Source of the DNA: Chrysochromulina tobinii
Taxonomy: Eukaryota
Assembly (NCBI GenBank): GCA_001275005.1
Contig: JWZX01002066.1
Coordinates: 1-34,806, forward strand
DNA: 34,806 nucleotides
Direction of reading: 5' to 3'
Shown here: in pieces, positions 22,076 through 32,226 of the stretch
Position numbering within the stretch: position 1 is the stretch's first letter
Layout of the letters: each line of letters begins with the position of its first letter
Position numbers and translations under genes: made by a program
Notes under the pieces: model-generated
Seen by the model: only the letters and a program-made list of their open reading frames with translations
Database searches by the model: none
Told to the model about the DNA's origin: nothing

Positions 22076-23081
22076 TCACAGGCCCTGTGAGTAGTACGCG
22101 AGCGCCGTGTTGCCGCACGGGTTGACGCCGGGCACGGTGCCGTACACCATGAGCCCACCCCAAAAGCCCGCGAGCGCCTCGCCGCCTGATGAGGGGCGCC
22201 ATCAAGCACAATCAGCGAAACACTCAGTGCAATCAAGTGGGCATCGCGAGCATGCGAGAGGGCTGTGGGAAAGAGGTCGGTGCCAACCTGATGAATGTCG
22301 CACTCAAGCCCAATCAGAGGCAATCAGGAGTCATTAGGGTGAGGTACCCACCACGGTTGCGGCAGATGGCCGCATCCTTGAGCAATTGGGTGTACAGGAG
22401 CTTCGAGCGCGGGTACGCCTTCTCGTCGCCGGCGGCCGGGATGGTGACGAGCCGTTGGGTGCCGGTGCTCTCGTTGAGCGCGAAGAAGAAGCTGTTGAGC
22501 GCCTGCCGTCCTGCCTCCCACGTCGTGTACACCTCCGCCACGTCCTTGGCTGAAGGGCCCGCCACGTTGCCCGTGGTCGCGCCGCGCCGCGCCTGCCGTG
22601 AGAGCTGGAACATGCTCTGCTGGAACTTGTCGAGGGCGGACTGCATGTCCTCGCCGCCCAGGTCGGGCGGGAACGCGAGCGCGAGGATCTTCATCGGCGT
22701 CACGAACTCGCGCTCGAGCCGCGAGACCGATGCCGCGCTGCCAATGTCGGATGACGCCGTGAGCTCGCCGATGCGGTCCCACCGGCCCGGATTGTTGAGC
22801 CAATCCTTGAGCTCAAAAAGGTAAAAGTCTGCGTCCAGCTGCAGCTGCGGCAGATACTGCAGGTACGCCTGCTTCGCCTTGGGCGGGATCTCGTCGAGCA
22901 GCCCGATGTCCGCCTTCTTGAGCGAATTGGGATCGACCATCAATTGCTCGAGCGCGAACGCGGGCGCCGCGGCAAAGGAAGCTGCTGCCATAGCATTGCC
23001 AAGCAGGGCGCGCCGCGTCTGCACGCCGGCTGTCGCCGGCTGCAGCGACGCGCTTGCGCAGAGAACCACCGCGAGCAGCAT
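22076..23081 (-). CDS. Nucleus-encoded thylakoid lumen protein (signal peptide, short transit peptide, twin-arginine signal), 2 exons (23081-22352, 22185-22076), 279 aa
   Basis: N-terminus MLLAVVLCASASLQ...TRRALLGNAMAAASFAAAPAFA has RR, a hydrophobic stretch and an AxA site. Phase-1 GT-AG intron 22351-22186 gives ...ICRNRG|GEALAGFWGGLMVYGTVPGVNPCGNTALAYYSQGL*. Confidence 0.82.
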
Positions 23082-23750
23082 GACTTTGGTAAGAGTCGTG
23101 GGAACACGTTAACACGATGACGAAACCAATTCCGAATTCTTCCCCGCACTTCTCCTTTACTGGCCGCAGGCCACTTACCCCCCCCTTACAGGCCGCCCAC
23201 CGCTCCGTTTCGAATTTACATGAATAATTTCGCAATTCTTGTCCCCTCTGCCGATCGATGCAAATCGATGCCTACATTGTACTCTCATGTAGGCAACACA
23301 CACCACTTACCCACCGCTGCTTTGATGCCAACATGCCATCACCACCCTCGCACCTGTGGTCCTGCGCGTGGAGCCGTGGACCTCCACCAAAACCGCCGCG
23401 ACACTTTCATCACGCTCGATCCGCTCTACCCGAGGGTCTACCCGCTGCCCACCGCACCCCGTCCTCGCTCCTCCTCTGGAGGGCGCTGCCGCCCGCGCTG
23501 CCCTCCAGAGCACCGGCAGGCTGTAGACGCTCGACGGCCTCCGTGCCGTGCTCCGTCTTAAGCTCCGTCGGCAACCCGACCCCCGCGCGCCAGCACGGTC
23601 CAGCGACGGTGCAGCTCGTGCACCTCCACCTGCGACCTGGCCTCGTTTCGAGTGGCTGCCGGGTGGCCTCGTCTCAAGCGATCTCCGTCAGCCGCGGATG
23701 CCGGATAGCGCGATAGGGCCGATAGGCGCGCCGCGGATTGCGCACAGATC

Positions 23751-24155
23751 CACCATTGAGCCGATTTGTCTTGAATCCATGCTCGAATCGCGACCTACAC
23801 ACGCGCGCTCACGACGGCGCCCCGTGTCGCTACTTAGCTTCTTAGGCGGCCCTCAGGTCCGCACCATTGTGCATTGAGCCGATTACAGTCTTGAATCGCG
23901 CCCTATGTACACACGCGCGCTCACGACGGCGCCCCGTGTCGCTACTTAGGCCCTCAGGTCCACCCCATTGAGCCGATTGGTCTTGAATCGCGCCCTACAC
24001 ACGCGCTCACGAAGGCGCTCAACACCGATCTGTCTCGGAGACGGACGCGCTCACGACGGCGCCCAGTCGCCACTTAGGCCCGCAGCTTGGTCGCCTCTGC
24101 TAGCCGCCCCATCGCTACTTAGGCCCGCAGCTTGGTCGCCTCTGCTAGCCGCAGC
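23751..24155. repeat. Degenerate ~90-120-bp tandem array at the 3' end of the TPR gene, including a duplicate of the stop-codon region
   Basis: attgagccgatt..gtcttgaatc x3; cgcgctcacgacggcgccc x3-4; acttaggcccgcagcttggtcgcctctgctagccgc x2. Confidence 0.85.
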
Positions 24156-26662
24156 TTGGCCTTCAAGACGGTCCCCTCGAGCGCCGTCTTGAGCTGCTCG
24201 CACGCCGCCCCTGCGGCCGTGCTGGGCGCCGTACCGGGCGCACCGCCCGCCACGGCGGCCGCCGCACTCACGGCGGCCGCGGCGGTGGCGAGCGATGCGC
24301 TGGCGTCCTCCGCGGCTGAGAGAGCTGCCTGCGCCTCCGACGCACAGCGTTCGAATGCCTCCCGCGCCTCCGCTGGCTCCGTCGCCTCCGCGCCAAGCTT
24401 CAGGTGGCACGCCGCGAGGTTGTTGCACAGGAGCGCCAGCACCGAGCCTGCCGCGGCGGCCGTGTACGCCGCCGCCGCGGCCGCGCTCGCTGCAGCAGCC
24501 GGCTTGGCCGCCTTTTTGGCCGCCTTGCTCGCCACCGAAGCTGCCGTCTGCGCCACGTCAAGGCGCTTCTCCGCTTCCCGCCGGAGCGCATCGAAGAGGA
24601 AGCTCGCGCCCGGCACGGCGCCGCTCGCGAATAGCTTGCCTGCGCGCTCACGCTCGTCTGCCATCGCCGCCGTGCGCGCTGTCGCCTCCGCCGCCGCTGT
24701 CGCCACCGCCGCGTCGACAGCGCGCGCGTCGGCGACGGCCTCCACCTTTTGGTCCGCCTCCGCCTTCGCCTTTGTCGCCGCCACCGCTGCCGCCTCGGCC
24801 TCCGCCTGCGCCTTCGTCTGCGCCGCCGCCATTGCCTTTGCCTCCGCCCTGGCTTTCGCCTGCGCTTCCGCCTCCGCCTTCGCCATTGCCTTGGCCTCCG
24901 CCTTCGCCTTGGCCTCCGCCTCCGCCTTGGCTTTCGCCTCCGCCTTCTCCTTTGCCTCCGCCTTGGCTGCATCGACCGCGGGCGGCGCCTTGCGTGGTGC
25001 GGGCGGGGGCTTCCCTACTTTGGCAGCTGCCTTGGCAGCTTTGAGCGCCGCCGCCCTTGCCTCGGCCTCCTCGGCGGCCTTCAATGCGCGCTCAGCCGCT
25101 ACGGCCGCCGCGACCGCCGCCTCCTCCGCGGCTGCCGCCTCTGCCAGGGCCGCCTCTGCCGCCTCTGCCGCCTCCTGGTCCTCCTCTTCCACAGCCTCTT
25201 CTTCCACAGCCTCCTCCTCCTCCTCCGGATCCCCACAGCCCTCTTCCACAGCCTCCTCTTCCACAGCCTCCTCCTCCTCCTCCGGATCCCCACAGTCGTT
25301 ACCTGCCTTCGCGCTAGCTGACGCAGAGTACCCCACCCGAGCCACTACCGCCGCCGCCGCCGCCGCCGGCGCTGTCGTCGCCGCTGTCGTCGCCGCCGCC
25401 GCTGTCGTCGTCGCCGCCGCCACCCCGGACGGCACTACCGCCTTGTCCTTCTTCTTCTTCTTCTTCTTCTTCTTCTTCTTTGCATCTGCAGGTGCCTCTC
25501 CGGAAGCTACGTCGCCGTCCACGTCGTCGTCATCGTCTTCCTGTGCGGCCGCCACCTGCCTAGCCGCCACCAGCGCAGCCGCCGCGGCCTGCGCTGGTGC
25601 AGCTGCCGCCTGCGCTGACGCTGCCTGCGCAGGCGATGGCGCTGGCGCCGCCGCCTTCGCAGCCGCCGCCTCTTCCTTCGCTGCCGCCGCCTTCACCTTC
25701 TCCGCCTCCTCGCACGCGGCCTCAATCTCAAGCAGCTTCGCACCGACTTCGGGCATCTCGGGCATCAGCTCCTTCGCGGTACGCATCGAGTCGAGAGCAC
25801 CGGAGAGCTCGTTGGCCTGATGAGCGAGGCAATCAGAGCCCATCAGTTGCTATCAAGGGAGGCCATCGAGAGGTCGAGAGCACCGGAGAGCTCGCTGGCA
25901 TGCAGCCGCATTGTGGGGGAAAGCGTGTGGTAATCAGTGGTGATGAGTGGTGATGAGTGACCTGCAGCCGCAGGCATCCGAGCCTGTAGTGCGCCTTGCC
26001 CCATTCGGGAGCGAGCTCTGCCGCCTCCTCCGCGTCCGCCTTAGCCAGATCCGAGTAGCCCAGCTGTGTGTAGCACACCGAGCGGTTGCCGAGGAGCTTA
26101 GCGCGCTCCAGGTCCGCAATCTGCGTGATCTCGAGTGCCTCCGAGTAGAACGCTCGCGCGGCGGTCAGGTCCTGCTTCTGCATCGCCAGGTTGCCTCGCT
26201 CCTGCAGAGGGAGGGTGAAAGGGTGAGCGAGAGGGTGTGCGAGAGGGTGTCTGGGGTCAACTGATAATGAGACTCGTCAGGGTCATGAGAGAAACACCTC
26301 CGCGCGCAGCTCAATCAATCGCACTCAGTCCGGCACTCAGTACGGCTACCTTGAGTGAGAGGAACATCTCCGCGCGTAGCTTGTCCTCCTCCTGATAGAT
26401 CTTCGCCTGCTCAACCATCGCCTTGCGTGCGACGTGCACCGTGTTGTCGACGATCTCACCCTGCTTCTGCTTCTTCTCTTGCGCTTCCTGCAGGTCTTTA
26501 TTGCGCTGCGCGACGGCAGCCGCCGCCTCGGCCGCGGCCGCCTTGTGTTTCTCCACCTCGGCCAGCTGCGCCGCGAGCTTCTCCTTGGACGCCTGCAGCT
26601 CAGCCAGCATCGACTTCGTCTTCGCGTTCGCGGCGTCGAGCGCCGCAACGTCGAGGGCGGAG

Positions 26663-26697
<35 letters not shown>

Positions 26698-27165
26698 GCC
26701 GCCGCCGCCCGTGCCGTTGGCGGCGCTACCTGGTGGCTGGCTTACTGGGGATGTGAGCGCCTTGATGCTTGCGGCCACATCGTCGATCTCGGCAAGCTTC
26801 CGATCGAGCGCGCTCAACTTCTTCCCTGCACGGCCGGGAAGGCCGGCGCCGTCGAGGAACATGCGCTTGAAATCGGCTGGCTGATCCTGGAGCCGCGCCT
26901 CGAGCTCAGCCATGGCGAGCATGGTGCCCGCTTGATCGCCGCGCTCCTTGGCGGCCTCCACCTTGGCGAGCGCGAGCTTGAGCTCCGGCGGCATGCCCAG
27001 CATCTGTGCAGGAGGCTGCGGCTTTCGGCTATCGTCCTCGTCGTCCGAGTCGACGATCTTGTCGAACTTTTTATAGTCGAGGCCGCCGCTGGCGCGACGG
27101 CGCGCGTTGCCTGTTGTCGAGGAGGCCAGCCACGCGTCGCGGGCGTCCATCTTCGGTGTCGGCAT
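24119..27165 (-). CDS. TPR-repeat co-chaperone-like protein, 3 exons (27165-26350, 26201-25962, 25816-24119), ~917 aa
   Basis: Phase-0 GT-AG introns rebuild a classic TPR: LSLK|ERGNLAMQKQDLTAARAFYSEAL...LLGNRSVCYTQLG...ADAEEAAELAPEWGKAHYRLG. Second TPR-like LLCNNLAACHLKLG near the C-terminus. N-terminal LDYKKFDKIVDSDDED motif; Ala/Glu/Lys-rich coiled regions. Confidence 0.85.
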
Positions 27166-27897
27166 CGTGGTGGTTGGCCGTTGCCGCGTCGCGACCGGAG
27201 CGACCAGGGCAATCAATTACATCCCTCATCACGCCTCCCATGCCCCCCGCTCTGTGGGGAAACGAAAAGGCCTGCGTAGTTGTTGCGATACAATGACTGT
27301 GGGATTCCTACGAGTCGATTCCTTCCTCGGTTCTGGTGAATCGGGAATGACGTGTCCCTGTCCAGGTGTTTTCCTGTAGACCTGGGTACGTTTTCAGTCA
27401 GTCAGTCAGTTTCGTCGCGGACGCGGTCCCCCCGCGCTCACCACACCACCGTCCGTCTCAAATGACGGCTCCGTTCCCCTCGGTCAACACAAGTACTGAG
27501 TACTCGCTCGCTCGGGCTACTCAATTTTGCTAGTGCGGGTCTGGTCTCACGATCGGCATGGACATGCACAGTCGCTGAGCAGGGTGAGCATGACCATGAG
27601 AGATGAGTCTCCGGCCGGGAGTCTGAGTCTCTCCTCCACTCTAGTACCGCAGCTCGTGTACGTTACTACGCTTTGCGCACGGCCAGACCGCGGCGCGCGC
27701 GCGGGCGCAGTCGAAGGTGCGAGGACACTCGACTCATACTCACTGTGTTACTGAAATTAACACGACGTGTGACAACTCGGAGTTCTCAACTGACATATTG
27801 AAGCCTATACATGATTACGCGAGGGGGTGTCCCGCCCGAGGTCCCGCCGGCTGGGCCGCAGCAGTGGTCCCGTACTTTACATGCGTACTTTGCTTGT

Positions 27898-30800
27898 TCA
27901 CTTCGTCGCCTTGCTCCGTCCCCAGCCGAACGCACTCATCACTTTCACGGAAGTGACTACGGATTTCGCGGCGTCTCTTACGACGGGCACCGGCCGCACT
28001 TCCTCTGGCACGAGGACCTTCGGCGGCTCATTCGGCGGCGGTGCGGCATAGATCGAGGGTGACGAATGTTCCGATGAAGGTTCTAGCCTTGGTTGCGGCA
28101 TCGATCTGAGATAATTCGCCTCCGCCTCCCTCGCCTTCGCCTCCGCCTCCCTCGCCTTCGCCTCCGCCGCCTTCACTCTCACCAACACAGCCTCCCTCGC
28201 CTCTTCCTGGTTTGAAGCAAACGCCACCACCCGTGGGGCGCGGGGTGGCGGGGGCACCTGTGGAAGGGGCGCGAAGTGCTCGCCTGAACGCTCGGCACGG
28301 CGCTCCGCACGAGCCGCCACAGGCGCCAGAGACACTGAAAGGAGACGAGGGTCTGTCGGCGCCACGGCCGCATGAAGACGCGAGAGTCGGGTGGCCGCTT
28401 GCTCGAAGAGCATGCGCCGGGCTTCCAAGCGAGTCGAAGCAAGGTCACCGAGCACATCCTCAAACTGGTCCACCATCGGCTCATTCGCTTGCATCGGATC
28501 GTCGTCTGGTCTGCCTTCGTCTGCCTGGCCGTTAGCCACTGCCTTGTCCAAGGAGGCCAGGGCGGCGGCGAGGGAAGCCAACGGGCCTCCGCCCTCCTGC
28601 TCACCTTCTTCGATGCCATGCTCGAAGCCTCCCTCGTAGCCGCCTTCGTAACCACCCTCGTAGCCGTGCTTGCCGTACTCGCTCCCCTCCCCTGCATGGT
28701 ACTCGCCCCCCTCCCCTGCATGGTACTTGTCGGCTCCGTGCTCGCGTGGCAGCTCGTGAAACTTCGCGTTCTGCCGGTGGCGCCGTGGCGCGCGTATTTC
28801 GCTGGGGGAGTCTGAAGGCGGGTGGATCATTCTTGCTGACATTTGCCGCACTGCTGACCATGGGCTGGTTTGCAGCAGCAGCTGCATGAGTACTTCCTTC
28901 ATTGCGGCGTGCGCCTGTACCTCCATGTCGGGTGTGCGCCCAGGCCTTTGCGCGTGCGTCGATTGGATACGACCCAAGAGATACTCTGCCGTTGCGCCCC
29001 ACGCCGCCGTCTGCGCCTCGTTGCTCGGGTCGGGGTGTACCTCGAGCAGCTCCAGTCCCGCGCGCTGTCCGAGCAGCCGACGCGCCGTCTCGCGCAGCAC
29101 CTCGTCCGCGTACGGCGCGAACCCCACGTCGACGCGCACGAGCTCGAGCTGCGTGAGCGGCTTGCCGTAGATGTTGAGGGTCGTGGACGGATTGCACACG
29201 TCGCACAGCACATTGACATGGTTTCCAATGAGCTTACGCGCAGCCGCCTCGCGATACTGTAAGGGGTTACCCGCCGCCGTCAAGTCCACAGCTTCACGTG
29301 TAGCTGCCGTCGTCGATCCCTTGCCCAGCGCCTTGCGCAGCATCGCCCAGTGCGGCGCCGTCGCAGCGATGGTTGCGGTCAGGGCCGACTGCCCGACCTC
29401 GGCCAGCACAGCGAGCGTTGCGTTGCCGGCAATGAAGCTCATGTCAGGCTCGCGCCCGGGCTTTTGCTCCGGCGTCGACTGGATTCGGCCGATGAGGTAC
29501 GTGGCGGCCTTGTGCCACGTGGTGCACTGCTCATGGTTGTGCAGATGCAATTTCGCCTCAAGGGCACCTGAACCTGCGCGCTTGCCGAGCAGCCGTCGGA
29601 CTGTCTCCTGCATGAGCTCGTCCACGTACGGCGACAGGCGAGGGTCGACACGCCCAAGCTCGAGCTGCGTGAGCGGCTTGCCGTAGATGTTGAGTGTCGT
29701 GGACGGGTTGCACACGTCGGCCAGCACTTTGTGCCGGTTGCGGAGCAGCCTCTCGGCGGCCTCCTGCCTCGCCATGTGGGGAAAAGGCTTCGCGCGGCCG
29801 TCGGCCACCGAATCAAACCCGGCGCCTTGTTCAATCAGCAATTCGAGACCTGCCCAGACTCGCGACGCGTCGAGATGGGCGCGTGGCCCGGCCACCTCCC
29901 GAAGCACCGCCTTCATCGCCGCCGCGGCGGCAGGAGGCATATCAGGTGTGCGCCCGGGCCTCTCATCGTCCATCGCCTGCAGCCGCCCGCACAGGTAATA
30001 TGCCGTCGCACCCCACGCCGCCGTCTGCGCCTCGTTGCTCGGATCGGGGTGTACCTCGAGCAGCTCCAGTCCCGCGCGCCGTCCGAGCAGCCGACGCGCC
30101 GTCTCGCGCAGCACCTCGTCCGCGTACGGCGCGCACCCCACGTCGACGCGCACGAGCTCGAGCTGCGTGAGCGGCTTGCCTTCAATGTTGGTGATCGGGG
30201 ACGGGTTACACAGATCGCGTAGCACGCGATCATGGTTTCCAATGAGCTTTCGCGCAGCCGCCTCGCGCGCCGCTTGCGAATGAGCCGCTGCAGCGCCCTC
30301 TGCCGGTGCGCCTGAGCTCTCGCGCTCCTCGAGCGCATCTTGAAGCATCAGCCAATGAGGCATCGAGAGCTTGTGCGCCAACGTCAGGCTGCTGCACGCG
30401 ATCTCTTCGAGCACCGCGAGCATGGAGGCCGCAGCCTCGGGGGACATGTCTGGAGAGCGGCCAGGCTTCTGCTCAGGCTTCGACTGGATGCGAGTCTGGA
30501 GGTAGCGCCACACCGTCGCCCACGCGTTCGCCTGCGTCGGATTGTTCATCTCGCAGCGCACCTCGTGCGTCTCGGAACCTCGCCGCGGGCCGAGCAGCCG
30601 GCGCGCGCACTCGAGAAGCGCCTGGTCGGCGTAGATGCGGCTGCCTTCGGGCACGCGCTCGAGCACTTGCTGCGTGCGCGGCTGCGGGTGCGACAGGTCA
30701 TAGAGGAGGGCCTCGTGGTTACCGACGAGCTTGCGCGCCGCCTCCATTCGAGCATCATACGCGTGGGAGGCCGCTACGCCGCACGCCTCAATCTCGAAGC

Positions 30801-31077
30801 CGAAAGACTCGTGCATCTGGGTAGCTTCTTCGAGCATGACTATGAGCGAATGCCAAAACGGCTCGTGTTCGGGGATGCTCGCCTGGGGCGCGCCTCTGGT
30901 GCCGTCACTCCTCAGGCCGTCGCCGTCGACGATGAGGCCTAGCTCCATGGCCGCCCTCAGCTTTCGTTGTGCTTTGGACGTTGGGCCTCCGCTCTCGTCG
31001 TTCATATCCAGCATGGAGCTGATGGCCGTCTGCCATGCTGGTGGAGCCCCAGTGTCGACCATGAAGTCCATGGCCAT
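27898..31077 (-). CDS. Hypothetical 1059-aa protein with four tandem ~120-aa helical repeats
   Basis: Single ORF. Repeat pattern R.EAA.(K/R)L..N...L.D...P...Y.D..L....RRLLG.R.G...W...YL..R(I/L)Q....PGR.PDM...A...VL at ~30750-30395, 30270-29890, 29773-29390 and 29257-28875. Confidence 0.85.
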   Translation of the reverse strand: MAMDFMVDTGAPPAWQTAISSMLDMNDESGGPTSKAQRKLRAAMELGLIVDGDGLRSDGTRGAPQASIPEHEPFWHSLIVMLEEATQMHESFGFEIEACGVAASHAYDARMEAARKLVGNHEALLYDLSHPQPRTQQVLERVPEGSRIYADQALLECARRLLGPRRGSETHEVRCEMNNPTQANAWATVWRYLQTRIQSKPEQKPGRSPDMSPEAAASMLAVLEEIACSSLTLAHKLSMPHWLMLQDALEERESSGAPAEGAAAAHSQAAREAAARKLIGNHDRVLRDLCNPSPITNIEGKPLTQLELVRVDVGCAPYADEVLRETARRLLGRRAGLELLEVHPDPSNEAQTAAWGATAYYLCGRLQAMDDERPGRTPDMPPAAAAAMKAVLREVAGPRAHLDASRVWAGLELLIEQGAGFDSVADGRAKPFPHMARQEAAERLLRNRHKVLADVCNPSTTLNIYGKPLTQLELGRVDPRLSPYVDELMQETVRRLLGKRAGSGALEAKLHLHNHEQCTTWHKAATYLIGRIQSTPEQKPGREPDMSFIAGNATLAVLAEVGQSALTATIAATAPHWAMLRKALGKGSTTAATREAVDLTAAGNPLQYREAAARKLIGNHVNVLCDVCNPSTTLNIYGKPLTQLELVRVDVGFAPYADEVLRETARRLLGQRAGLELLEVHPDPSNEAQTAAWGATAEYLLGRIQSTHAQRPGRTPDMEVQAHAAMKEVLMQLLLQTSPWSAVRQMSARMIHPPSDSPSEIRAPRRHRQNAKFHELPREHGADKYHAGEGGEYHAGEGSEYGKHGYEGGYEGGYEGGFEHGIEEGEQEGGGPLASLAAALASLDKAVANGQADEGRPDDDPMQANEPMVDQFEDVLGDLASTRLEARRMLFEQAATRLSRLHAAVAPTDPRLLSVSLAPVAARAERRAERSGEHFAPLPQVPPPPRAPRVVAFASNQEEAREAVLVRVKAAEAKAREAEAKAREAEANYLRSMPQPRLEPSSEHSSPSIYAAPPPNEPPKVLVPEEVRPVPVVRDAAKSVVTSVKVMSAFGWGRSKATK

Positions 31078-31239
31078 TGCAAGCGGAATGAAGACCGCCC
31101 GCGAACGTTCGGAGATTTTGAGGAATTCATGTAACGGTATCGGAATGAATAGAAGAATGCGGAATATTAATGAAATTTTTTATTTACAGCCTCTGATGAG
31201 CCAAGATGAGCTCGATGCAGCGCGCGACTCTCTACCACC

Positions 31240-31986
31240 CTAGGCTTCCGCGGCCTCCTCCACCTGCCTGGACGGTTGCGGTTCCGCCGGTGCTGCTGGG
31301 GTCGGTGGCGGCTGCGGCGCCACGAGTGGGTTCTCGCCGGTCGGCGGCGACTGGGACTCTGCCGTTAGGGTTGGCGGCGGCTGCGCGAGTTCCGCCAGAG
31401 GGGTCGGCGGCGGCGCGGGAGCCTTCGAGCCGCCCAACTCTTCCTGCTTCACTCTTGTGAGCAGCCGAAACAACAGCGGCTTGGGCAAGAAGGCGGCCGC
31501 CAACTTGCCCTTTTCGTCGGTAGCCTCGAGCAGGCCTCCGCCGCTGAGCAGCGCGATGATGGTGTCTATGAGCCGCTCCTGCCGCTGCGGATCTTTCGTG
31601 TCCGCAAGCGCTTTGCACGCGGTGTGCATCGGCGTCGCGCCATCCTCCTTCAACTCTTCCGCGGTGCCCTTTCGCACTCCGGGCTTGGCGCCCTCTCGCA
31701 GCAGCAGCGTGACGACAGCTGCATGTGCGCAGCCCGCGGCAATGTGCAGCGGTGAATTGCCCTCCGTGTCGGGCCGTGCCAGAGCCAGAGCGCGCGCCTC
31801 GGGCTCCGGCGGCAGCGCAAGCTCCACGCACTCCGAGCTGCCGCCCATGCACGAGCGGTGGAGCGCCGTCCAGCCAAATCGATTCTTCTGTTTGTAATCA
31901 GCGCCGTCTTCGTAGCACCGCCGCACCTCGGCCACATCGCCGGCCTCGCACGCCGCCCAAAGCTTCATTTGGCTCGGCTTGAGCAT
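31240..31986 (-). CDS. Ankyrin-repeat protein, 248 aa, with a Pro-rich tail
   Basis: LWAACEAGDVAEVR, GWTALHRSC, GNSPLHIAA...VVTLLLREGA, GATPMHTAC; ATG at 31986. Confidence 0.9.
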   Translation of the reverse strand: MLKPSQMKLWAACEAGDVAEVRRCYEDGADYKQKNRFGWTALHRSCMGGSSECVELALPPEPEARALALARPDTEGNSPLHIAAGCAHAAVVTLLLREGAKPGVRKGTAEELKEDGATPMHTACKALADTKDPQRQERLIDTIIALLSGGGLLEATDEKGKLAAAFLPKPLLFRLLTRVKQEELGGSKAPAPPPTPLAELAQPPPTLTAESQSPPTGENPLVAPQPPPTPAAPAEPQPSRQVEEAAEA

Positions 31987-32058
31987 GGCGACGAGCGGGC
32001 AAAAAAACACCCGCACGGATGGTGTCGGCGGAATGCCGTTGATAAGTCGCAAGAGTAT

Positions 32059-32080
32059 GTCAAGTCAAGTCAAGTCAAGT
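32059..32080. repeat. (TCAAG)n microsatellite in a divergent intergenic region
   Basis: gtcaagtcaagtcaagtcaagt. Confidence 0.85.
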
Positions 32081-32226
32081 TCTGTGGGAATGCGGCTTCG
32101 TCAACCACCGCCCATGGGCTTGTACTAGTAAGAACCCCCTGGCGACGCCTGGCAGTTTCGTTAATTCATGCGGACCCCTCGATCGCAAAAACAAAGCGAC
32201 TCACAAACGGAGAGTTTACCGGCGTC

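Noticed and set aside
24132..25820. 562-aa antisense ORF, plus similar shadow ORFs over other genes
   Set aside because: Stop-free antisense frames of Ala/Glu/Lys- or Pro-rich, GC-rich coding sequence; no independent coding signal.
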